Numbered from the stretch's first letter, positions 1 through 7,498 are shown. The stretch is 64,000 bases of DNA from Escherichia coli (GCF_003334355.1 NZ_QOWP01000020.1), one strand, 5' to 3'. The notes: generated from the letters alone by a model not told the origin. Translations and numbers: made by a program.

Positions 1-1
1 G

Positions 2-619
2 GAAAAACGAGTATTTTTAGTCATCCTGTTTACCTCTTTCTCAGGGAGTTTAGTCTCCAGGATTTCCGGGGCGGTTCAGAAGGAGGGGTATCGCCTACGC
101 TTTCATACCGGCAATAAGCAACGTATTTATTCCCTTTTGCATGACGGGAGCGCCGATCTCGCTGTTACCGCATCTATGCCTGATGACCGTCTGTACGGCT
201 ATGCACATCTACTGACTGAACGCATGCTCCTTGTTCATGCTCCCGCCATGTCAGAGATCATCGGATCAGAACCTGGTGCTGAAACGCTTGCCTCATTACC
301 GCTGATTGCTTATGACGAAGAGTTGCCACTGATTAGAGCGCTCTGGGCCTCCATGTTTCAGAGAGCCCCTGAGATGCAGGCTACATTCACCATTCCGGAT
401 TTACGTATTATCCGCGACTTGGTCTGTGACGGCCACGGGTGGACAGTGCTGCCGGATTATCACTGTGACAATGACCTGAAAAGTGGTCGCCTGATTTCAG
501 TGACACCTGCAGACCTCGCTCCGACTAATCATCTTTATCTGGTCTGGAACAAAAGGACGGCTAATAACAGCCGAACCGCCTATGTTCGGGATTACATTCT
601 TAAAACGTTTCCGCGTTGA
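2..619 (+). CDS. LysR-family transcriptional regulator, C-terminal effector-binding part only (5' end is off-window)
   Basis: The frame of track ORF 137..619 stays open back to nt 2 (EKRVFLVILFTSFSGSLVSRISGAVQKEGYRLRFHTGNKQRIYSLLHDGSADLAVTAS...). The sequence looks like a LysR substrate-binding domain. No HTH is visible because the N-terminus lies upstream of the window. Confidence 0.65.
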   Translation, partial: EKRVFLVILFTSFSGSLVSRISGAVQKEGYRLRFHTGNKQRIYSLLHDGSADLAVTASMPDDRLYGYAHLLTERMLLVHAPAMSEIIGSEPGAETLASLPLIAYDEELPLIRALWASMFQRAPEMQATFTIPDLRIIRDLVCDGHGWTVLPDYHCDNDLKSGRLISVTPADLAPTNHLYLVWNKRTANNSRTAYVRDYILKTFPR

Positions 620-655
620 TGTTTGAAACGGATGATTGGCGATGCGTATCATAAG

Positions 656-694
656 TTACGTATGTCCGCTTCTGGCACAAAGCAGACGCCCACT
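656..694. repeat. Hairpin repeat copy A (core 664-687: gtccgctt-ctggcaca-aagcagac), preceded by TTAC
   Basis: Read directly from the sequence. 8-nt inverted arms with one mismatch flank an 8-nt spacer. 28/38 nt are identical to copy B at 4329-4367, in direct orientation. Confidence 0.8.
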
Positions 695-749
695 CTCACG
701 CGAATGCTTTGCCCTTGACTTGCCAACAACCGTATCGCTTGCTCCGCAA

Positions 750-2042
750 CTATGGTTTTTTATTAGAATCTTCGCCACTAAATAAATTATAATAAATTGA
801 TTTTATTAGATATCTGTCAGAATCTATATGGTCAGCACGAGTAGCATGCTCTAATGTTTCAAATGCTAGGGTTTGTGCGGCTTCAGCAAAAATTCCAGGC
901 CAACCCTTACTCAGCATCGACAGTCCTTTAAGTACCCTTATCTGAATTTCCCTCATACTGGCACCATCGCGCGCAACAGGTGAGAAAAAGTCTTCAAGTA
1001 GATCGTTATTCTGAAGTGGTGCAACATGTACAGAAGGATATTTCACTTCTATTTCATCAGATTTATTCTGCGCGTAAGCGGAAAGTATACGTACACCTCT
1101 GCCAATGACATCAATGGCGGTTCCAGGATCGTTCACTGCGGGGGAAAGGGCTCGGCAGGCTATTTCGGCCATGACGCTAAGACAAAATCGGGGGTCCTGA
1201 GCAAATGAACGTACATCCGAGACAATAATCGTCTCAAGTAAATCGGTGCTGATTGATGACTCCTGGCCCTGACTCAGGTACAAAACTGGCGTGGACGGAT
1301 GTATGAAACTGCCCGGCTGCGCCACGAGGTATACATGACGGGGATCATTGGTCAGCAGCTTGCTGAGTTTCACCATATCAACATATTCAACATAGCCAAT
1401 CTTTTTCGGATAAACTGCAACCGTTCCTTTCGGCTGTTCATTGTTCTCAAGCCATGGATATCCGCCGAGACAGGGATTTCTTGCTCTCGCAATAAATGTT
1501 TCGATGGCCGCCTGTTCTACTTTTGCCGTTGTCTCACCAACCCTCCCCAGAGAGGTCAAATGCTGTATCCAGCGAAGCAATGTGATGAGGATTAAGGCAA
1601 TGACAACCAGTGTTACAATGAATAAAATGACTCTCCCCCTTTCTCCATAAGCTCCCATATTGAGGGCAATAATCCCTACCAGACTGAAGAGAAAAGAACC
1701 GATGAAGGTGGCCAGTACATTTTGTGTGGTGACGTCTTCAACAACTAAACGAGTAGCTCTGGGAGTCACATTAGTAGTGGCTGAACCGTAGGCTGTGACC
1801 ATGATGCTCAGCGAAAATGTGGTCACTGCCAGCATACTCGATGCCAGTATGTTCAGAATGTTATCGACTGCTTCCGCACCAACCTTCACGGAAACCGACT
1901 CAGGTATCATTGATTTAAAAAGAATTGATAAAAGGGCCGTTATTATTGCGACAATTGCGAATAACGTTGCCCTGAACCATAGTTTTTTAAATGTCTGCTT
2001 CAGCATCCATTTCCAGCGTGAAATCATTCTGCATTCCCTCAT
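750..2042 (-). CDS. Integral membrane protein, DUF2254-like (4 N-terminal TM helices plus a soluble C-terminal domain)
   Basis: 430-aa ORF. Four hydrophobic helices lie in residues ~20-165, including a motif resembling DUF2254 (ATRLVVEDVTTQNVLATFIGSFLFSLVGIIAL). The coding sequence is AT-rich. An alternative start is Met6 (nt 2027). The family assignment is from memory. Confidence 0.55.
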   Translation of the reverse strand: MRECRMISRWKWMLKQTFKKLWFRATLFAIVAIITALLSILFKSMIPESVSVKVGAEAVDNILNILASSMLAVTTFSLSIMVTAYGSATTNVTPRATRLVVEDVTTQNVLATFIGSFLFSLVGIIALNMGAYGERGRVILFIVTLVVIALILITLLRWIQHLTSLGRVGETTAKVEQAAIETFIARARNPCLGGYPWLENNEQPKGTVAVYPKKIGYVEYVDMVKLSKLLTNDPRHVYLVAQPGSFIHPSTPVLYLSQGQESSISTDLLETIIVSDVRSFAQDPRFCLSVMAEIACRALSPAVNDPGTAIDVIGRGVRILSAYAQNKSDEIEVKYPSVHVAPLQNNDLLEDFFSPVARDGASMREIQIRVLKGLSMLSKGWPGIFAEAAQTLAFETLEHATRADHIDSDRYLIKSIYYNLFSGEDSNKKP

Positions 2043-2062
2043 ATTGCAGCCGGGATAAATAA

Positions 2063-2083
2063 ATGCCGCCTCTGTGGCGGCAT
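2063..2083 (-). terminator. Rho-independent terminator downstream of the BCCT transporter gene
   Basis: Stem atgccgcc/ggcggcat with a 5-nt loop. On the minus strand it is followed by tttattta. It lies in the 48-nt gap between the two minus-strand genes. Confidence 0.6.
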
Positions 2084-2090
2084 GTTGCTG

Positions 2091-4094
2091 TTAACGAACC
2101 AGATGCAGGAAGTGCAGGTGTTTTTCGTACTGGTCCAGTATGTCATTAATCAGCTGTTCCTGATTCCAGCCCATTACATCATAATTTTGGCCGCCCTCTT
2201 TGAGATAGACTTCAGCGCGATAATATCGATGTTGTTCACTCTGCTGCTCATCATTATCCAGCGCAGCGAGCGCGAAGGTCGGTGAGTTATACCCGCGAAG
2301 CCTCACTTCATATATATAATTCAGCTCGTTGCCCAAATCGACTTCAAGGCGAATACGATCCTCGGCGGCGTCACTGATGTGGCTTATCGTTCCCTGCTTG
2401 TTAAGTTCCTCCTGAACCAGCGTCATGGCGGGTTGGATAATGTCGTCCATAAAACGTTTCACAAGAGAGCGCTTCGGCAAATACGCGATATTGCGTAACC
2501 TTCTCTGCCAGGGAATTGGGTTACGTGCAGCCGTAGGAGCAATAGTCGCCATGCTAAGGCTTTCACGCTTGGTCAAATCCCGACGCAGGGCTTTTAACAG
2601 TCCGTATATGGATATTAATAAGATAACTGAGAAGGGCAATGCACTCGCTATCGTTACGGTTTGCAACGCACTCAGCCCCCCTGCGATCAGCAGGGCAATA
2701 GCAACAACGCCCATGAGCGATGCCCAGAAAATTCGCTGCCAGACGGGCGTGTTTGCCACCCCACCTGATGCCAGAGTATCCACAACCATTGCCCCCGAAT
2801 CAGCAGACGTTACAAAGAAGACGATGACCATCGCCATTGCAATGAATGACAGCACGGAAGAGAACGGGAAATGCTCCAGGAAATTAAACAGGGCAAGCGC
2901 AACATCCTGCTGAACGGTATTGGCGAGGTCAGTGGCGCCCTGGTTCATGATGAGATAGATGGCGCTGTTTCCAAACACCGTCATCCACATGAGCGTAAAG
3001 CCGGCGGGAACAAACAACACGCCAGTCACGAACTCACGAATTGTCCTGCCGCGGGAAACGCGTGCAATGAACATACCTACAAACGGCGACCATGAAAGCC
3101 ACCATCCCCAGTATAATAATGTCCAGCCCCCCAGCCAGTTGCTCGACTTGGGTTCATACGCGTAAAGGTTGAACGTTTTACTCACCAGTTCCGACAGATA
3201 ACCACCCGTATTTTCCACAAATGACTTCAGCAGAAGCACAGTGGGACCCAGGCACAAGACCAGCGCCAGGAGCAACACCGCCAGGCCCAGATTAAGCTCA
3301 GACAGGATGCGTATTCCCTTGTCCAGGCCGGACACCACCGAAATCGTCGCTAACCCCGTGATGACCACGATCAAAATGACCTGTACCGTTTCATTGATGG
3401 GCACGCCGAAAAGATGGTTCAAACCGGCATTCACCTGCAATACACCGTAACCCAGCGATGTTGCAACGCCAAAGACAGTGCCTATCACGGCGAAGATATC
3501 AACCGCGTGGCCTATAGGCCCGTAAATGCGATCGCCGATAATGGGATAGAGCGCAGAACGCAGCGTTAAAGGCAGACCGTGACGGTAACTGAAAAAGGCC
3601 AGAATCAGCGCCACGATGGCATAAATTGCCCATGCGTGCAGACCCCAGTGGAAGAACGTCAGGCGCATGGCTTCCTTCGCTGCCGCAACGGTCTCTGGAG
3701 TGCCGACAGGTGGCGAAAGATAATGCATCACAGGTTCGGCAACGCCAAAGAACATCAGGCCGATCCCCATCCCTGCCGAAAAAAGCATCGCGAACCAGGA
3801 GTGGTAGCTGAAATCAGGCTGCGCATGGTCTGGGCCCAGCTTTATATCACCGTAACGTGAGAGTCCAAGGAACGTGACGCTCAGTAAAATCAGGGCCACA
3901 GCAAGTATGTAGAACCAGCTGGCATTCGTGAAGATTTGTTGCTGAAGTAGTTTAAAATTTTTGTCGGCGACATCCGGGAATACGGCGGCAAAGGCGACAA
4001 GAAGGAAAATTAGCAAAGCAGATGTAAAGAATACCGCTTTGTTAATCTGGCTTGTAGACTTCTTTGGGGTTGTATCATTTTCACTCATAATCAT
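2091..4094 (-). CDS. BCCT-family transporter, BetT-like (choline/betaine-type osmolyte symporter) with a long cytoplasmic C-terminal domain
   Basis: The 667-aa ORF aligns by eye along its whole length with E. coli BetT (e.g. WFAMLFSAGMGIGLMFFGVAEP, RSALYPIIGDRIYGPIGHAVDIFAVIGTVFGVATSLG, GWTLLYWGWWLSWSPFVGMFIARVSRGRTIREF, C-terminal ILDQYEKHLHFLHL). It is a paralogue, not betT itself. Confidence 0.85.
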   Translation of the reverse strand: MIMSENDTTPKKSTSQINKAVFFTSALLIFLLVAFAAVFPDVADKNFKLLQQQIFTNASWFYILAVALILLSVTFLGLSRYGDIKLGPDHAQPDFSYHSWFAMLFSAGMGIGLMFFGVAEPVMHYLSPPVGTPETVAAAKEAMRLTFFHWGLHAWAIYAIVALILAFFSYRHGLPLTLRSALYPIIGDRIYGPIGHAVDIFAVIGTVFGVATSLGYGVLQVNAGLNHLFGVPINETVQVILIVVITGLATISVVSGLDKGIRILSELNLGLAVLLLALVLCLGPTVLLLKSFVENTGGYLSELVSKTFNLYAYEPKSSNWLGGWTLLYWGWWLSWSPFVGMFIARVSRGRTIREFVTGVLFVPAGFTLMWMTVFGNSAIYLIMNQGATDLANTVQQDVALALFNFLEHFPFSSVLSFIAMAMVIVFFVTSADSGAMVVDTLASGGVANTPVWQRIFWASLMGVVAIALLIAGGLSALQTVTIASALPFSVILLISIYGLLKALRRDLTKRESLSMATIAPTAARNPIPWQRRLRNIAYLPKRSLVKRFMDDIIQPAMTLVQEELNKQGTISHISDAAEDRIRLEVDLGNELNYIYEVRLRGYNSPTFALAALDNDEQQSEQHRYYRAEVYLKEGGQNYDVMGWNQEQLINDILDQYEKHLHFLHLVR

Positions 4095-4328
4095 TTATTC
4101 CATTAATTAAATCCGCACTGGATAGAAGGTACTACCTCTCACAGAGTAGCAAAGTTCAACTGGCTATGCGGGGTTAATCGGAATGCATGGTGGAATGAGT
4201 GCCGATACAAATCATCCTATATTCTAAGGAGTTTTAAGTTACTCAGCCTGCCAATTACTGGGGCATTTAATTTGTATGATCTGTATCAAAGCTGGGATAT
4301 AAGTTAAGTGAAGTATATTAGGCACGAA

Positions 4329-4367
4329 TTACCAGCGTCTGCTCTTGGCACAAAGCGGACAACCACG
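4329..4367. repeat. Hairpin repeat copy B (core 4337-4360: gtctgctc-ttggcaca-aagcggac), preceded by TTAC
   Basis: Read directly from the sequence. It has the same 8-8-8 geometry as copy A. Its left arm matches the complement of A's right arm, and the reverse also holds. Confidence 0.8.
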
Positions 4368-4428
4368 CTAGCTCTACCCTGTGCCACAAAATGTCAATTT
4401 GCATCTGAACTAATGCACTTTAATCTCG

Positions 4429-4851
4429 TCACTTCAATAAATACCGAACATCCCCCTGATAAAACGACAATATGCGCTGCATAACTTCGCTCTTCCGGCA
4501 CTCGCGACAGATTATGTTTAGGCGACTGTCGTAGCGACGTATTTCTCCGTCAGGTAATGACCAGATAAGGTCCGGATCAACCACAACCGGTTTCTTCAGC
4601 TTTGCCCTCGATAATTTTTTGCGGGCATTTTGCCAGTCTTTACGAGCCTGTTCAGACGGGAATAACCCGTAGCCAGAATTGTATACATCGCCACTGGCAA
4701 CCAGCTCTCTGGCCAGAACGCTCATCAGATATCTTGTTGCCCCAGTTTTAGCTTCCAGTTGTCGTAACGTCTCGCGCCCACTCTGGCGTACGAGTTCAAG
4801 AACCTGCCCTTTAATTTTTTCCCGCTCTTCTTGTGTAAAAACTTTTGCCAC
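4429..4851 (-). CDS. Hypothetical prophage protein (140 aa), last phage-like ORF before the cargo
   Basis: The ORF is co-directional with, and 40 nt downstream of, the replication gene. The N-terminal part looks winged-helix-like (GRETLRQLEAKTGATRYLMSVLARELV), followed by a basic central stretch. I do not recognise the family. Confidence 0.45.
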   Translation of the reverse strand: MAKVFTQEEREKIKGQVLELVRQSGRETLRQLEAKTGATRYLMSVLARELVASGDVYNSGYGLFPSEQARKDWQNARKKLSRAKLKKPVVVDPDLIWSLPDGEIRRYDSRLNIICRECRKSEVMQRILSFYQGDVRYLLK

Positions 4852-4891
4852 AAGCCCTCCTGAAAATTACCTCATGACCAGAAATTAACAC

Positions 4892-5968
4892 TTACCCCCT
4901 GAAGCCCGGCGGAATTTCGTTATCCGGTTCAGAAATATGATTCACACAACGCTGGTTGTTCGTGCCGCTTACCGGGAGCAACCAGGGGTTCTCAAAATTC
5001 CGGTCCGGTCCAAAAAACGTCGTCGCTCGCTGAACAAATTCCGTTCCCGTTTTCCCGGTAGCCGCCAAGTATCTTGCGTAACGCCTCACGCCATCCAGCA
5101 TGGCCTCTGGTGGCACCCCCTCGCGTAATCTGGCCTTCCAGGCACTGAAAGCGGATTTCTTCGGGTTTGCCCCAGCACGCAACGGGTACTCCCGCCAGAC
5201 CTGTTCGAACACATCCGGATAATCCACTCGTCCCACAGACTGCCCGGTGTTTTCCGGGACTACCCGATCGGCTTCCCGCTGAATGGCGGAATCGGCTTCA
5301 GGCTGCTGCAGTTGGTGTGATTGCTCCGCCCTTGCGGTCATCACCTGCTGCACAGCGCCCGAATCGGCTTTCAGCGCATACGCTGAATCGGCTTCCGGTG
5401 TCGTGCCTGCTGGCTGACCAAGATTGACGGTCTGAACATCCCCTGCCTGGTTCGTGGCGTTTTTTACGCCATGGACCATAGTGTTTTGATCTTCTTGATC
5501 TGTATCTTTATCTGTATCTTTATCTGTCGTGACTCGTCGTGACATGTGCGTGACATTTCGTGACGCGCCGTGACAATCGCCATTTTGTTCCCGCTTTCTT
5601 TCCCTCTCTCGCTGCGCCCTCTTGCGCTCTGCAGGAGATTTTGCGGTTTGCGAAATATTGCCGTTGTCCTCTTTAAGCACCTGGCGTTTTTCCCATCCAG
5701 TGATTAAATCACCATCAAGTACCCGCCCCTGCATCGTCTGCAAAATTGAATCAATTACCTCTTCTGTCACGTCGAGCGCACTTGCCAAATCTTCTGTCGT
5801 GACATCAATGTGACCTCGCGTGACATTTCGTGACGCGCTCACCAGGAGGTGGATATACACTGCCATCACTGTTGCAATTGGCTGTCCTGACACCCTGGCA
5901 ATTGTTCGCCACTTAGGGTCATTTGGCATGTCATGCCATAATCTGAGCCAGGCGTTAGCCATACTCAC
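4892..5968 (-). CDS. Prophage replication protein, YdaU-like (DUF1376-type, lambda O analogue)
   Basis: 358-aa ORF. Its position after the cro/cII-like genes matches the lambdoid replication module. It starts MSMANAWLRLWHDMPNDPKWR. The C-terminal segment YPDVFEQVWREYPLRAGANPKKSAFSAWKARL is typical of prophage replication proteins. The gene contains phased iterons. The family name is from memory. Confidence 0.6.
   Translation of the reverse strand: MSMANAWLRLWHDMPNDPKWRTIARVSGQPIATVMAVYIHLLVSASRNVTRGHIDVTTEDLASALDVTEEVIDSILQTMQGRVLDGDLITGWEKRQVLKEDNGNISQTAKSPAERKRAQRERERKREQNGDCHGASRNVTHMSRRVTTDKDTDKDTDQEDQNTMVHGVKNATNQAGDVQTVNLGQPAGTTPEADSAYALKADSGAVQQVMTARAEQSHQLQQPEADSAIQREADRVVPENTGQSVGRVDYPDVFEQVWREYPLRAGANPKKSAFSAWKARLREGVPPEAMLDGVRRYARYLAATGKTGTEFVQRATTFFGPDRNFENPWLLPVSGTNNQRCVNHISEPDNEIPPGFRG
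5499..5574. repeat. Putative prophage origin, part 1: AT-rich 12-bp tandem (tctgtatcttta x2.4, 5499-5527) abutting five phased CGTGAC iterons
   Basis: CGTGAC occurs at 5528, 5538, 5549, 5559 and 5569, giving spacings of 10/11/10/10 bp. All copies are in the same orientation and lie inside the replication gene. Confidence 0.6.
5793..5838. repeat. Putative prophage origin, part 2: second cluster of four phased (C)GTGAC iterons
   Basis: Copies at 5798, 5809 (tgtgac), 5819 and 5829. The 46-nt block 5793-5838 is a diverged copy of 5523-5568, exactly 270 bp away. It includes a perfect 21-nt repeat gcgtgacatttcgtgacgcgc (5548-5568 and 5818-5838). Confidence 0.6.
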
Positions 5969-6033
5969 CTCTTTTGATACCGAATCTTTTTACTCACAAA
6001 TTGCCGGAAGTGATCCGGTATGAATATTGCGCG

Positions 6034-6459
6034 TCAATGCACAGCCACAATATTTCCTGCAGGGCCACCACGATTCATCTGGTTGAAACCAGCGATCGCC
6101 ACTGCGACAAAATCATCAGCGTCTCTCACCAGTCGTTCCCGCGTCTCCACTAGTTCCCGAAAATAGGCTGAGCTATGGCTGCGCATTCGGGCCACCAGCA
6201 GAGGTGGCATTGCTTTTTCGATAGCTGGTAACAACGCCTGAATTTTTTCAACTGCATCAGGGGTGTCTTTCTCTACCCAGCGGAAAATTTTCTGGGTATT
6301 GCGAGCCAGGGCTTCCGGATGGCTGTCGTCATACAGTTCTGGGAACGTCATACCCAGTTCAAAATAAGCCCTGGTTATTTCAGCTGCCGGAACTTTTTCA
6401 CCGTCCGGATGCGCCCAGGCATTCATCGCCATGCGGATGTGTTCATGCTTGATTTTCAT
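6034..6459 (-). CDS. YdaT-family protein (CII-like regulator of Rac-type prophages)
   Basis: The 141-aa ORF shares its start (MKIKHEHI) and end (..VAVH) with K-12 YdaT as I remember it, but the interior diverges. It sits directly after the cro-like gene. Confidence 0.6.
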   Translation of the reverse strand: MKIKHEHIRMAMNAWAHPDGEKVPAAEITRAYFELGMTFPELYDDSHPEALARNTQKIFRWVEKDTPDAVEKIQALLPAIEKAMPPLLVARMRSHSSAYFRELVETRERLVRDADDFVAVAIAGFNQMNRGGPAGNIVAVH

Positions 6460-6724
6460 GAATCAAGCTCCTAGAAAGTGGTTGTGTTAACATTTTGGTA
6501 TCTTCCAGCTCGGGCCAAATATTCATCCAATCAAAAGGCCTTAGTTGCTGACGTGTAACTTCACCATTACTGGCTCGCTCAATAAGGACACATAACGATG
6601 CCCCTAACACTTGACCTTTACTCAATGCCTTTCTTAGATAACCGATGCTGGTACCACACTCGCATGCAAACATACGCTGTTCATCTGACGAAAGAGAATT
6701 GAGAAATATTCTTAATTCTTCCAT
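6443..6724 (-). CDS. Cro/YdaS-like HTH protein
   Basis: 93-aa ORF transcribed divergently from the repressor gene across the operator region. It has an HTH-like segment (ECGTSIGYLRKALSKGQ) and overlaps the ydaT-like gene by 17 nt. It differs from K-12 YdaS (from memory). Confidence 0.55.
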   Translation of the reverse strand: MEELRIFLNSLSSDEQRMFACECGTSIGYLRKALSKGQVLGASLCVLIERASNGEVTRQQLRPFDWMNIWPELEDTKMLTQPLSRSLIHENQA

Positions 6725-6752
6725 AGCTACTCCTTAGTAAACACAGCAAAGA

Positions 6753-6830
6753 ATACCCATAGGTAAACAAAAGTCAATACCCACAGGTTGTTTACCTTGC
6801 AGTAATCGCATCTATTATTTACCTATGGAC
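6753..6830. promoter_or_regulatory. Operator cluster between the cro-like and repressor genes (OR-like)
   Basis: There are three copies of a 13-14-bp palindromic motif ATACCyAyrGGTAt: atacccataggta (6753-6765), atacccacaggtt (6777-6789) and a weaker tttacctatggac (6818-6830). The weaker copy overlaps the repressor ATG at 6825. Confidence 0.6.
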
Positions 6831-7244
6831 AAATATGAATTTAGACGACAGCAACTCATCAAAATTCGTGATGAGAAATGCGATGGTAAAGCGGTTAACG
6901 TGGCCAGAAAGATCGGGCGCGAGCCTTCTTATGTATCAAGAATGTTGTACCCAGAGGGGAAAAAGGGAAAAAAACGGATCGCTGATGATATGGTGGAGAT
7001 TATCGAAGAGTCCTTTGGGTTACCCCGGGGATGGATGGATGGTATCGTTTCATCATCAACGAACACAGCCTCCAGTTATGAAACAAGGGTTCTAACGCCA
7101 CGACAACGTATTTTTTTAGATCTCTTAGACGAACTGCCAGAAAGTGAAGCGGATAACTTATTAAAAACTCTTGAAGAGAAAAAACAGTATTACAATATGA
7201 TCTACGAAGAAATCCGTAAAAAGAAAGCACAAAACGCATCATAG
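6825..7244 (+). CDS. Prophage repressor (RacR/CI-like HTH protein)
   Basis: 139-aa ORF divergent from the cro-like gene. It has an HTH (GKAVNVARKIGREPSYVSRML) and is flanked on both sides by the same operator motif. There is no Shine-Dalgarno sequence before the ATG. Confidence 0.6.
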   Translation: MDKYEFRRQQLIKIRDEKCDGKAVNVARKIGREPSYVSRMLYPEGKKGKKRIADDMVEIIEESFGLPRGWMDGIVSSSTNTASSYETRVLTPRQRIFLDLLDELPESEADNLLKTLEEKKQYYNMIYEEIRKKKAQNAS

Positions 7245-7286
7245 CTCACCAAACAACTAGTCACCAGTTAAGACACCGTAAAAAGT

Positions 7287-7324
7287 TACCCATGGGTATT
7301 TACTTTTTAAATACCTATGGGTAT
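7287..7324. promoter_or_regulatory. Second operator pair downstream of the repressor gene (OL-like)
   Basis: tacccatgggta (7287-7298, with a perfect palindrome acccatgggt) and atacctatgggtat (7311-7324). This is the same motif as at 6753-6830. Confidence 0.6.
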
Positions 7325-7498
7325 CCTTCTTTTCATACCAACCCACCCCGCCCCACAGAATGCAGGGCAATACTTCGAGTTACCAGGCAGTGGTCAGGGG
7401 TTAAGTAGCCAGCCCGAGGCGTAAGAACATGACGGCGGGATTCAAATTTTGCAGTGCAGCAGTTAGTTCCGCCACCCGGCGTTAAGGGGAGAGATAAG

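Noticed and set aside
137-619. Track ORF presented as a complete 160-aa protein starting at Met137
   Set aside because: The frame is open back to nt 2 and the upstream residues continue a LysR effector domain. It is therefore the 3' part of a gene cut by the window edge, not a small stand-alone gene.
674-689. TGGCAC in both hairpin loops (also 4347-4352) as sigma54 -24 elements
   Set aside because: The -12 position does not carry TTGC/GC at the required spacing (TGGCACaaagcagac / TGGCACaaagcggac). No downstream gene is oriented to use such a promoter.
5499-5527. 12-bp tandem repeat tctgtatcttta as a mini CRISPR-like or VNTR array
   Set aside because: There are only 2.4 copies with no spacers. 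The repeat lies in-frame inside a CDS (DKDTDKDTD) and abuts the iteron cluster. It is better explained as the AT-rich part of an origin-like region.
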